64,000 nucleotides of DNA from Octopus sinensis (lineage: Eukaryota), in the NCBI RefSeq assembly GCF_006345805.1, contig NC_043007.1:51274001-51338000 (forward strand), written 5' to 3'. Made by a program: the position numbers and the translations under genes. Shown here one piece after another: positions 27,060 through 38,349 of the stretch (positions are counted from its first letter, which is position 1; every line of letters starts with the position of its first letter). The notes beneath the pieces are model-generated. The model worked only from the letters and a program-made list of their open reading frames with translations. It did no database searches and was not told the origin of the DNA.

Positions 27060-28000
27060 TTCTAACTTCCATCCCTCTCTCCAATTTACTTCTACCATCT
27101 CTAACTTCCTAGATAATCTCTCGTACAACTGACCTCCCCTCCTACTCTCTCACCACCTCCACTTTCTTCCAACCCACAGATTCCCACCTCTACCTCATCT
27201 TCTCCTCCTCTCATCCCTCCCACACCAAACGGGTCATCCCCTACTCCCAGTTCCTCTGCCTCCGAAGCTTGTGCAGCCGTAATCAGGATTTTGAGACTCA
27301 GTCCCAGTACCTTGCCCGCCTGTTCATGCATCGAGGATACCCTCAACCCTTGTCCAAACCGACCTTGCCCGCGCTCGTCGAATCGAACACACCACCGCCC
27401 TCTCTCCTTCCCCACACCAATCCCCTAACTGCACCCCCTTTCCCCTCCTTTTCCATCCCTCCACCCTACCCCTTCGTCGTCGGAGGATCTTACGGGCCTT
27501 CCGTCGTCTCCAGCTAGATCCCACCACCCGCCCGATTTTCCCCAACCCAACTTTGTCCTCTTTTAAACGCACCTGAAGCTTACGCGATCTACTGGTCCGT
27601 AGCACCTTCTCCTCTTCCTCCTCAGCCCCAGCCGGATGCTTCCCGTGCTCCAGATTCCCCTGCCCTTTCATCACCAATACCACCTCCACACTGGTTTCAA
27701 TCAACACACTCTCCACATCACAAACTCCTCCTGCACCTCTTCTAGCCTCATGTATTGCATTAGATGCAATCTCTGCAATAAACTATGTGTAGGTCAGACG
27801 GGCCTCCGACTGGCCGACCGGTTCTCCGAACATCTAAGAGATGTTCGGCTACGTATGAACAACCCCCGTCTCCCGTCATTTCCGCTTGGCCAACCACTCT
27901 CCCTCTAATATCTCCATCTTTGGCTTCGCCCTGCACCACGGATCCACACACTTGCGACTCTGCCTGGAACAGATGTATTTTAAATTCAATTATTATTTTT
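27060..28000 (+). pseudogene. C-rich Neptune-type PLE 3' fragment (thumb + GIY-YIG)
   Basis: SCTSSSLMYCIRCNLCNKLCVGQTGLRLADRFSEHL; upstream LFMHRGYP. Confidence 0.8.
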
Positions 28001-29127
28001 CCGATTAGTCTCACCTATTCTCTGAGCATGTGATAGAGAATAGCATAACTGAAACGACTAGACTGACTACGCTTACTTTTTTTTCTACATTTATATCTGT
28101 TTTATTTGTTAATATAATGTTTAAATATTAATCTAATGTTTTAATTATTAATTTATAATATTCCTTCCTAACGTTTTCATTCTTCCGTTTTCTTTATATA
28201 CAAGTTTATTTCTATTTCTCTCGCAAGATATTAGAATTGTCAATTAGGTTTCTAATTAATTCCTCTCTTTCCTAGTTGTCTTAACGCATTTTCTCATCCG
28301 AATCACCGATAAATTTCTTTAATAAATCATTATTAACAATTAGTTATCATTTGCTTCACACCAAATGAGGTCGTCCATCTACAAAACAATGTCTGTTATT
28401 GAACCATAGCATTTGTATCCGAGTTTAATCGGGTTTAATATGTTCGTTAAGTGTTAATGCCAGACAGTAAAAAATGGGCTGAGAAACTTCCTTTGGAATG
28501 TTGCTTTTTCAATGGAGATGAGATTGGAGGCTTTGTTTTCAAATACTTTTGTCTGTGTATCGGCAAAGTTGTTCACCATTTACTAATAATGCGGTCTATA
28601 TACCTACCTATTATTAGTATTGCCTAACATTTATTCATATTTCTCTAGTGGTAAATAATTGATATTCATAGCCGCCTGAGCTTTTGATTAGCAACTTATC
28701 TTGGTAGCCATATGAGCCTTTGCAGCATCCCTGATTGTTTCCAGATTTTTTAATGTTTATATCTTGCTCTGTGATATTATGGTGGCTAACACTTTGTTTG
28801 CTATAGGGACATAGGGACGTAAGTTATAAATTTATAGTGTTTAGGGGTAGCCGATTATTTAAACTTAGAGATCAAGTTCGCTTTTATTTCTATGAACCAG
28901 TTAGCTGTCGTCTCCGGCAACATCAGTAACTTTATATATATATATAAAGTGCTAGCATATATATATATATATATCTGTCACTGTTAAATATGTCAGCCAT
29001 GTAGGGTGAGACTTCACCAATATTTGCCTGCAGTTTCCAGCAGGTAATACAACGATATAAATGCCCACCATTGACGCTTTGGTTTCCACTACAGGTGAGC
29101 ATTATCTGTCGTGTAGACCGGAACCAG

Positions 29128-29183
<56 letters not shown>

Positions 29184-29545
29184 GAGAGAGAGAGGAGAGA
29201 AAGAGAGAGAGAAAGTGAAGAGGAGAGTAACTGATGTGACAGCAGGTTCGACTGGAAGAATGTAAGAAAACAGTAGAAACCCTATCAGCTATTACCGTCC
29301 AGTGAGACAAGAACAGTTAATTAAAAACAATATCTAAAACAACTATAATCATTAACTATTAAATCATCAAGCAGCTACCACTGGTAATATCAGACAGTAG
29401 AGATATTAACAGACGCTAGGATGTCTTCAGGAAATACTCTCCAAATTACAAACATAATTACAAATGACATTGTTATTCTATAGACTTCCGTTATGTTACG
29501 CAAAACACATACATATTTGAATATATATGTGTATACGTATATATA

Positions 29546-30755
29546 CAGGGTGCGATGGGTAAATTGTCGCCATTTTATATTTTCAATTTCACACATTCGC
29601 ATTGTTTGTTTTAGATTTTGTTGACTACACAGTATAGTAGTGTCAGAAATTTGGAATCATACAGTACTGTTAGGCATTCGCGCGGGAAGCTCCAATAAGA
29701 ACATTTCAGAGTGCTTGTGTGTCAATCTGAAGACAGTGCAGAGGATTCGGAAAGAGTCGGATGGGTCTAATGGTGATTACGAAGGTACTCACTTTGATCG
29801 TTCTGATAAGTACTACTGAATTTGTTGGTGAGATCAAGGCCATGATTTTCAACGATCCCCCCAAGTCAGTCAGATCCATCGCCAGGGACATAGGAATGTT
29901 TGAGTCTCTTATCAGGCAGGTAGTGCATGAAGACATTCGCTATTCCTCATACAAGATGAGAAATTTTTATCCCAAGCCAACAATGACAAGAGGAAAGACC
30001 GAGTTACGAAGCTTTTGAACAAACTCAAGCATCCCCTCCAAACGAATATACCTTGGTTTTTCTCGGTTTTCTGCCAGGATCAGATGGTGAACGCACAGAA
30101 TAGCCGTTGGCTTCCCGTGTCCCCAAAATATGTACCGAGAGTGATAAAAATCAAACATCCAGTCAACATCATGATGTTTGGAGTGATCACTAGTGATGGC
30201 GGCGTTATGCCTCCATTCATCTTCCCATACGGGCTCAGACTCAACATGGAGTCTTACATCCAGTGCCTAGAGGAGTTGATGCTGCCTTGGGTCAATAGGA
30301 TGGCTGCTGGAAGATCCTATGACCGTCAATAAGACGCTGAACCTTGCCACACAATCAGGAGAACCCAGTCATGGCTGTCAGACAATTTCTGCGACATCAC
30401 ACCTAACATCTGGTCACTTAGCTCTTAAGACTGCAACCCCCTTGATTGTTATGTGTGTGACGCAGTTGAGCGAGAGACCAACAAAACACCAAAGATGTAA
30501 CACCAAAGATGAACTGAAGTCAAAAATTATGAGAGCATTCACCAACTTAAACGAGGAGACCATCGAAAAGAGTTGCAAGAGATTCCGAAGTTGTCTGAAA
30601 ACCGAGGTTGAAACCAATGGCGATTTTATTGCATAACTTTACTCTTTAGTATTTCAAGATAATTTTAGGTACTTTTGGTAAATTTGTTAAAATGAGATGT
30701 CAGAGTTATTTTAATTTTTGTGTAATTTAGATGACAATTTATTCACCGCACCTTG
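29546..30755 (+). mobile_element. Tc1/mariner DNA transposon (DD37D/maT-like), frameshifted
   Basis: TA-CAGGGTGCGATGGGTAAATTGTC and GACAATTTATTCACCGCACCTTG TIRs; transposase pieces SVRSIARD, MMFGVITSDG..PPFIF, QD..PCH, DCNPLD. Confidence 0.85.
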
Positions 30756-30771
30756 AATATGTATATTTTTT

Positions 30772-31018
30772 CCTTGTTTCAGTCGTTTGACTGCGGCAAT
30801 GCTGGAATAAGCCAAGAGATCGATTTGTTGGACTTTAGTGCAACAAATCGATCTCTGGGCTTATTCTTTGTAAGCTTAGTATTTATTCTATCGGTCTCTT
30901 TTGAAGAAACGCTTAGTTACAGGACGTAAACACACCAACATCGGTTGTCAAGCGATAGTGGGGGCACAAAAACAGACACACAAATACATACATACATACA
31001 TACACACACACACCACAC

Positions 31019-31050
<32 letters not shown>

Positions 31051-31105
31051 ACACACACACACATATATATATATATATGTATGTATGTATGTGTATATAT
31101 ATATA

Positions 31106-31149
<44 letters not shown>

Positions 31150-31500
31150 ATATATATATAGTGAATCCAAAAACAACGAAGAGCAGACACAAGAAAAAAC
31201 AACAGCGCGAGTACGTGGTACATGCAAAGTATTGGCTGACACTCAGGGAAGGAAAAGGTAGTGTTACGTTTCGAGCAAAGCTCTTCGTCAGAAACAGGAG
31301 ACAGAGGTAAGTCCAAGAGAAAAGAAAGACGGAGGAAAAAATCGTCAACGATTCATATATATACGACGAGCTTCTTTCAGTTTCTGTCTACCAAATCTTC
31401 TCACAAGGGTTTGGTCGACTCGAGGCTATCGTAGAATACACTTACCCAACGTGCCATGCAGTGGGACTGAACCTGGAACCATGTGGTTGGGAAGCAAATA
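30772..31500 (-). mobile_element. tRNA-derived SINE with a pLTR fragment inserted in its internal microsatellite
   Basis: 3' half 30772-30985 and 5' half 31365-31500 are the reverse complement of the 53452-53849 family. Confidence 0.8.
31160..31352 (-). mobile_element. short HHR-bearing pLTR-type element nested in the SINE
   Basis: Minus strand: GTTT-CTGACGA-A-GAGC-TTT-GCTC-GAAAC-GT-A-ACAC (31261-31295). Confidence 0.8.
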
Positions 31501-31589
31501 TATATGTATATATATATATATTATATATATATATGTGTGTGTGTGTGTGTTGTGTGTGTGTGTGTGGTGTGTGTGTGTGTACATATATA

Positions 31590-31655
<66 letters not shown>

Positions 31656-31679
31656 GTGTGTGTGTGCGTGTGTGTGTGC

Positions 31680-31895
31680 GTGTATGTTTGTGTGTCTGTG
31701 TTTGTCCCCCTAGCATTACTTGACAACCGATGCTGGTGTGTTTATGTCCCCGTCACTTAGCGGTTCGGCAAAACAGACCGATAGAATAAGTACTGGGCTT
31801 ACAAAGAATAAGTCCGGGGTCGAGTTGCTCGATTAAAGGCGATGCTCCAGCATGGCCGCAGTCAAATGACTGAAACAAGTAAAATAGTAAAAGAG
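31680..31895 (+). mobile_element. SINE 3' half
   Basis: Matches 53640-53849. Confidence 0.85.
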
Positions 31896-31922
31896 TATAT
31901 ATATATATATATACATATATAC

Positions 31923-31991
<69 letters not shown>

Positions 31992-32370
31992 GTGTGTGTG
32001 TGGTGTGTAGAAATATGTTACAATAAGAAAATATAAAATCCACGTGGAAATGTAAGTGTAAAATATGAAAAATCAACAAAAATGCACATTGCAAGTAAAA
32101 AAAAGGCTATTAATGACAGGTAACGACGAATATATACATTTAGAGTGTCTGAGGTAGTAATAAAAGCCATTGTTATGAGATGATTATAAAATGATAATAA
32201 AGTAAGAGAACAAAGTGAACCATGGTTTACGCAAATTATTCATCGCTTGAAAAACACCGGGTAATACCTAATGTATATATATGTATATATATATATATAT
32301 ATATACATAATAGAAATATTAAAATTACTAAGTCTCTCTAAAAGAGAACACGGCAGCGTTCCTGGAAATT

Positions 32371-32652
32371 AATAGTTATCGCCATACTAATATGGCATTC
32401 TTATAAAAATAAGAATAAAGCTGTCCGCTTATAAGTTAGCTATTTGATACACAAACTGTATCCATATAACCTTCGAACAAGTAGCTGTCGATCAAGTAGT
32501 GTGGAGCGACTGACCTCCCTTGTTCGAAGGTTATATGGATACAGTTTGTGTATCAAATAGCTAACTTAAGGCGATGGCCTCATGGAGCTAATAAGCGGAC
32601 AGCTTTATTCTTATTTTTATAAGAATGCCATATTAGTATGGCGATAACTATT
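32371..32652. repeat. fold-back inverted repeat (~110-bp arms)
   Basis: 32371-32481 is the reverse complement of 32519-32652 apart from a 23-nt insert (32568-32590). Confidence 0.9.
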
Positions 32653-32900
32653 ATATATACATATATATACATATATATATATATAATAATAAATCTCTGA
32701 ACGAGATATAAACAGTAACCGCTCGACAACGTAAGGGGTATTAGCCATCTGAATGTGGCTAGCCACTGGGGGTGGGTGGGGTGTTACTGATGCTTTTAGC
32801 CCCAGGCGATCAACGTCACCAGAAGGACTTTAGACACTATCTCAGTGCCCTTGTGTTATTTGCAAAGGGAGGTCATCCTCCGTCGAAGACCCGAGTACTA

Positions 32901-32945
32901 CATACGGACTATAGTTTCAAGGTAATTGCCTCTCGTCAACGCATG
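32901..32945 (-). ncRNA. minimal type I hammerhead (U3 variant), copy 1
   Basis: CATGCG-TTGACGA-GAGG-CAATTA-CCTT-GAAAC-TATA-GTC-CGTATG. Confidence 0.8.
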
Positions 32946-33253
32946 GTAAGCACCGGTCTTCGATGAAGGAGTCCCCTTGCAAATAATATATAATGTTTTT
33001 CACAGTAACCACTGTCACTGATGTAGAAAAACTGTCTGAAAACAATAATAAATCTCTGAACGAGATATAAACAGTAACCGCTCGACAACGGAAGGGGTAT
33101 TAGCCATCTGAATGTGGCTAGCCACTGGGGGGGGGGGTTCTGATGCTTTTAGCCCCAGGCGATCAACGTCACCAGAAGGACCTTAGACACTATCTCAGTG
33201 CCCTTGTGTTATTTACAAAGGGAGGACATCCTCCCTCGAAGACCCGAGTACTA

Positions 33254-33298
33254 CATACGGACTATAGTTTCAAGGTAATTGCCTCTCGTCAACGCATG
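33254..33298 (-). ncRNA. minimal type I hammerhead (U3 variant), copy 2
   Basis: Identical motif. Confidence 0.8.
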
Positions 33299-33407
33299 AT
33301 AAGCACCGGTCTTCGATGAAGGAGTCCCCTTGCAAATAATATATAATGTTTTTCACAGTAACCACATTATTTGCAAGGGGACTCCTTCATCGAAGACCGG
33401 TGCTTAC

Positions 33408-33452
33408 CATGCGTTGACGAGAGGCAATTACCTTGAAACTATAGTCCGTATG
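33408..33452 (+). ncRNA. minimal type I hammerhead (U3 variant), inverted copy 3
   Basis: Identical motif on the plus strand. Confidence 0.8.
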
Positions 33453-33633
33453 TAGTACTCGGGTCTTCGACGGAGGATGACCTCCCTTTGCAAATAACAC
33501 AAGGGCACTGAGATAGTGTCTAAAGTCCTTCTGGTGACGTTGATCGCCTGGGGCTAAAAGCATCAGTAACATCCCCCCCCCCAGTGGGTAGCCACATTCA
33601 GATGGCTAATACCCCTCACGTTATATATATATC

Positions 33634-33707
<74 letters not shown>

Positions 33708-33829
33708 TATATACATACATATAATATACACATATACATATACATATATATACACACATACATGTATATATATATATACATACATATATATACTCACATA
33801 TACATTAATATATACATACATATATATAC

Positions 33830-33863
<34 letters not shown>

Positions 33864-34034
33864 GTATGTATATATATATATATATATATGTATGTATATA
33901 TATATATATATATATACATGAGACAACATATTCATATATATATATATATATATATATATGTTTGTATGTACTGCAATCACATCGCGTTCTTTGTATTGTC
34001 TTTACCTTGGTGAGAGGTTACGTCAATCCTTTTA

Positions 34035-34064
34035 ATAATAATAGTGATAATAATAATAATAATG

Positions 34065-34138
<74 letters not shown>

Positions 34139-34165
34139 GATAATAATAATAATATAATAATAATA

Positions 34166-34207
<42 letters not shown>

Positions 34208-34240
34208 TAATAATAATAATAATAATAATGATAATAATAA
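34035..34240. repeat. (AAT)n microsatellite
   Basis: Seen directly; abuts the R4/Dong 5' truncation. Confidence 0.95.
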
Positions 34241-36507
34241 ACACTAACATCTGTCCTGACGGAATATACCTATAGTTTTTTGACAGACAGCAGCATATTC
34301 CCTAATGAACAGAAAGGATGTAAACGTGGATCCTACGGTTGTAAAGATCAACTACTCATCAATAAGATGATCTTAGAAGATTGTCACAAACGACACAAAA
34401 ACTTATCAATAGCCTGGATAGACTATAAAAAAGCTTTTGATAGCCTACCACACAGCTGGATTAAGAAATGCTGAGAAATGTATAAGATAGCACCTGCTCT
34501 GCGAAACTTTTTGTCTGTAAGTATGAGATCATGGAGAACCACACTAACTTTGAACAGTGACAATGAATCTCTAAATGCTGGTGATGTAAAAATTTCATGT
34601 GGTATTTTCCAGGGTGACTCACTATCACCACTCCTCTTCTGTTTAGCCTTAATACCTCTCTCAAAACTGCTCAATGACGCGCAGTACGGATATAAAATGT
34701 TTGATAAAAATATAAATCATCTCATTTACATGGATGATTTAAAACTCTTTGCAAAAAATGACCAACAACTCAAGGGCTTACTAGCGATTGTCAAACAATT
34801 CAGTGATGACATCAGAATGCAATTTGGCCTCGATAAATGTGCAAAAGCTACCTTTATCAAAGGAAAAATGACAGAAACATCTAACGTTAACCTTGACCAG
34901 CAGAATGTCATAAAAGAATTAGACCCAGCAGAGAACTACAAGTATCTAGGGGTAATTGAAGGAGAAGGAATAAGGCATTCAGAGGTGAAGGAAAGGATCA
35001 GGAGAGAATGTTATCGCAGAGTAAGAGCAATGCTCAAGACAGAGCTGAATGCGAGAAACAGGATCGAAGCGATCAATGCTTTAGCCATACCAGTCGTGAC
35101 TTACAGTTTCAATATCGTTAACTGGTCAATTACTGAAATATGTAATCTTGACAGAAAAATACGAAAACTGTTGACAATGCATATAATGCACCACCCTAAG
35201 GCAGATACAGAACGACTTTATCTGCCAAGAAAAGAGGGAGGCCGTGGACTTTTACAACTGGCAATAACAATGAAGATTGCTACAATTGGCCTAGACACCT
35301 ACCTGAAAAACTCTGAGGACTGGATGTTAAAGCTTGTCTCAAAACATGAAAACAAGAAAGCATCATACTCAGTAACAAAACAGGCAAAGGAATATCTAAG
35401 TGAATTCCGAATACAACAAATTTCGGAATTAGAGATAGACATACAAGAAACAGGCACAGAAAAAGCTAAGCGCATGAAAACCCGTGCTAAATCTGCGGCC
35501 TTAGACATTCTGAATGATAAATGGCAAGAAAAACCTCTCTATGGCAAATACCCAAAGAGAGCAAATAATGCAAATGTTGACAAAGCCCTGACCCATCAAT
35601 GGCTAATGGCCTCTGGCTTAAAATCTGAAACAGAGGGGTTTATCATAGCAGCTCAAGATCAATGCCTACCAACAAGAAACTACCAGGCCAACATATTAAA
35701 GATCAGAAGCAGTCCAATGTGTCGTGTATGCCAGCAACAAAATGAAACCATTGACCATGTGGTCTCCAAGTGCAGTCTTCTCGCGCCTACAGAGTATCTC
35801 AACAGACACGATAGAGCTGCTCAATATATTCACTGGGTAATCTGCAAAAACCTGGATTTGCCCCATGAAAAAAACTGGTGGGAACACAAACCATCCCCAG
35901 TGCTTGAAAATGACCACATCTCACTCCTCTGGAACTTCACCATTTAAACTGACAGAAAGATAGATGCAAATAGGCCAGACATCATATTGAAAGACTTCAA
36001 ACAAAGAACATGCCTCCTCATTGATATGACTGTCCCAATCGATATAACCGTATCTGTCAAGACCTACCAAAAACTGAGCAAATATAAAGATCTTGAAATA
36101 GAAATCAGCAAAATGTGGAACCTGAAGACTAAAACAATACCTGTTGTCATAGGTGCCCTGGGAATGATAGCAAAAGGGGCTGATAGCTACCTAACTCAGA
36201 TACCAGGAAACCCAAAAATGGCAGAAATTCAAAAGATAGTGCTCATGGGAACTGCTCATATCATACGCAAAATACTTTCTATGTAATCTCAAGGTTTAAA
36301 ACAAACATAATTTTCGGTTTAAAAAAAAAAGGAAAAAAAAAACATTTTTTTTTAGACATTCATTAGTACAACACCAAAAACTCCCCCCCCCCAATATATG
36401 GCACACTAGGCATAACAACAGCATGAACTTCCAACCTGTTGTCTCTTGAGGTCTCTGGGTGAGACTTGGAGCCAACTTGTACAAATATAAAGCAAAAGTC
36501 AAACAAG
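34241..36507 (+). mobile_element. 5'-truncated R4/Dong-type non-LTR retrotransposon (RT + CCHC + RLE endonuclease)
   Basis: DYKKAFDSLPH, GIFQGDSLSPLLF, YMDD, YKYLG, CRVC..ETIDHVVSKC, RHD, RPDI, K..KY.DL, IPVVIGALG; (AAT)n at both ends. Confidence 0.92.
34478..35947 (+). CDS. R4/Dong RT-thumb-zinc knuckle segment; RLE continues in the same frame after a TAA (35987-36286)
   Basis: ORF track plus the motifs above; single stops at ~34472 and ~35945. Confidence 0.85.
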   Translation: MYKIAPALRNFLSVSMRSWRTTLTLNSDNESLNAGDVKISCGIFQGDSLSPLLFCLALIPLSKLLNDAQYGYKMFDKNINHLIYMDDLKLFAKNDQQLKGLLAIVKQFSDDIRMQFGLDKCAKATFIKGKMTETSNVNLDQQNVIKELDPAENYKYLGVIEGEGIRHSEVKERIRRECYRRVRAMLKTELNARNRIEAINALAIPVVTYSFNIVNWSITEICNLDRKIRKLLTMHIMHHPKADTERLYLPRKEGGRGLLQLAITMKIATIGLDTYLKNSEDWMLKLVSKHENKKASYSVTKQAKEYLSEFRIQQISELEIDIQETGTEKAKRMKTRAKSAALDILNDKWQEKPLYGKYPKRANNANVDKALTHQWLMASGLKSETEGFIIAAQDQCLPTRNYQANILKIRSSPMCRVCQQQNETIDHVVSKCSLLAPTEYLNRHDRAAQYIHWVICKNLDLPHEKNWWEHKPSPVLENDHISLLWNFTI

Positions 36508-36542
36508 AATAATAATAATAATAATATTGATAATAATAATAA

Positions 36543-37010
36543 GTACCCTGATGCAATACCAAACACTGGCTCCCATGGCTTTTTAACTGATTGGAAGTGT
36601 TATCATGTACATGTTTTGCCTTGTTATAAAAGATGGGCTACAGTAAATATTCTGCTCAATACCACAGTACACGATAACACTTCCAAACTGCCTGTCAGTT
36701 GTTTGACCTTAACCACTTGGGCATGTCCCTTAATAGCAGACGATATGTAAATCACTGATCACGAGCAGAATTAGTGGTGGGGAGGGCATCATAGCCATGT
36801 GTTGAAATGATTTTATTTGGGGTTTGAATAATTCACCTCTGGAAATATGGGTGTTTCATTCAACATCCTTAAATGGCTCTAATTCAGAGACCTTTAAAAC
36901 GGGATGGGTTACGCAACCTGAAGCAAATTCTAAGTGAGCCCCACCTGCAAGGCCATACACTGTTTATCTTGATATGAGATCACCATGTCGTGCACATACG
37001 GTTGTGATGC
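36543..37010 (-). mobile_element. repeat 'X' copy 2 (truncated on the right)
   Basis: Homologous to 19964-20420. Confidence 0.8.
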
Positions 37011-37014
37011 GTAG

Positions 37015-37118
37015 TGATAAGGAAATTGAGCATGGACCTAGTAAAGTCCTAGAAAGTAAGATGTTGTGGGATTTTAATATTCAGACTGACGTTGTAATAG
37101 AAGCTAGAAGGCCTGATC

Positions 37119-37190
<72 letters not shown>

Positions 37191-37530
37191 GCAAAGAGAA
37201 AAGAAAGTGCAAGATGTTTGCTTTATAGTCAGGTGTTTGCTTTATGGCAAGTATAAAGAATGAAAGTAGCAGGACCTGGCCATTGACTTACAGAGGCTAT
37301 GAAAAGTGCGGGGAAAATGTACCCCAGTAGTTAGGTGCGATCCTAAAGATCTGAACAGATGGATAGAAGAAAAAGGCATAAAGCCTAGTTTGGTGCAGCT
37401 CCAGAAAACAGTATTATTAGGAACAGCTAGTATAATTAGGAAGGTTCTTGATATCTAAGGTTACTTGTTGTAGTCCGATGTTACGAATTTTTTCAACACT
37501 CTATCTGTTATGTGTGAATAAAATAATAAT
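37015..37530 (+). pseudogene. R4/Dong RLE 3' fragment with in-frame (GTA)n expansion
   Basis: MLWDFNIQTDVVIEARRPDL(V)nGKEK; 3' end similar to 40200-40335. Confidence 0.8.
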
Positions 37531-37737
37531 AACTGTAGCAATATTAATTGTTATCTTAATAGTAATCGTAATTATAATAATAAAAATAATTATAGTGGTA
37601 ATAACTGCAAAAACATTCATGATAATGTATTATTATGAATAATAGTGATAATAATAGACATAATATTAGCAGTAATAATAATGAAAATAGGAACAATAAT
37701 CATAATAAAAATAATAGAAATAATTACACTACCAATC

Positions 37738-38280
37738 ACCAGGCAGTGGCTCTCATGGCTTCTGATCTTAACTGATTGGAAGTGTTATCATGTACATTGT
37801 TTTGTATTGGTATAAAAGATGGGCTACAGCAAATATTCTGCTCAATACCACAGATTTGCTTGTCAGTTGTTTGACCTTAACCAGTTGAGCATGTCCCTTA
37901 GTGGCTGACGATATGTGCATCTCTGATCACGAGCAGAAGTAGTGGGGGAGCATCATAGCCATGTGTTGAGAGGGATTCTTTGGGGTTTGAATAATTCACC
38001 TCTGAAAACATGAGTGGTTCTTTCAACATCCTTAAACAACCCTTATTCAGGGACCGTTTGAGCGGGATGGGCTACTCAACCAGAAGAAAATTCTAACTGG
38101 GCCCCACCTGCAAGGTCATGTGCTGTTTATCTTGATATGAGATCACCATGTCGCGCACATATGGTTGTGATGTATGTGCCTGGTGTACCCTTATCAGACG
38201 GGTAGTCATGATGGGTATATTGGGCTTCGTATATTTTACCCCAGTGTCACTCTGATGGCCTGAACTGCTCTCTCACACTC
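37738..38280 (-). mobile_element. repeat 'X' copy 3
   Basis: Homologous to 19980-20520; followed by (AAT)n. Confidence 0.8.
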
Positions 38281-38335
<55 letters not shown>

Positions 38336-38349
38336 TAATAATAATAATA

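Larger units (their letters stand above)
32685..33622 (-). mobile_element. non-coding ~355-bp HHR-containing unit: 2 tandem + 1 inverted copy (retrozyme-like)
   Basis: Unit starts at 32691 and 33050; inverted copy 33366-33622; HHR in each copy; (TA)n flanks. Confidence 0.8.

Noticed and set aside
32772-32966. 64-aa ORF in the HHR unit (also 33387-33572)
   Set aside because: Antisense to the ribozyme, non-ATG start, and shifted by G-run length change in copy 2.
33017-33045. CTGATGT..TCTGAAAAC as a second, plus-strand hammerhead in the unit
   Set aside because: A9 is missing and no stem I/III or cleavage triplet can be formed.
32685-33365. CRISPR-like or satellite array
   Set aside because: Eukaryotic context, no repeat-spacer pattern, only two long units.
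34472-34474. In-frame TGA in the R4/Dong RT as possible selenocysteine
   Set aside because: A single TGA in a 5'-truncated copy that also has a TAA at 35945. No SECIS seen. Sec recoding is described for Naiad PLEs, not for this clade.
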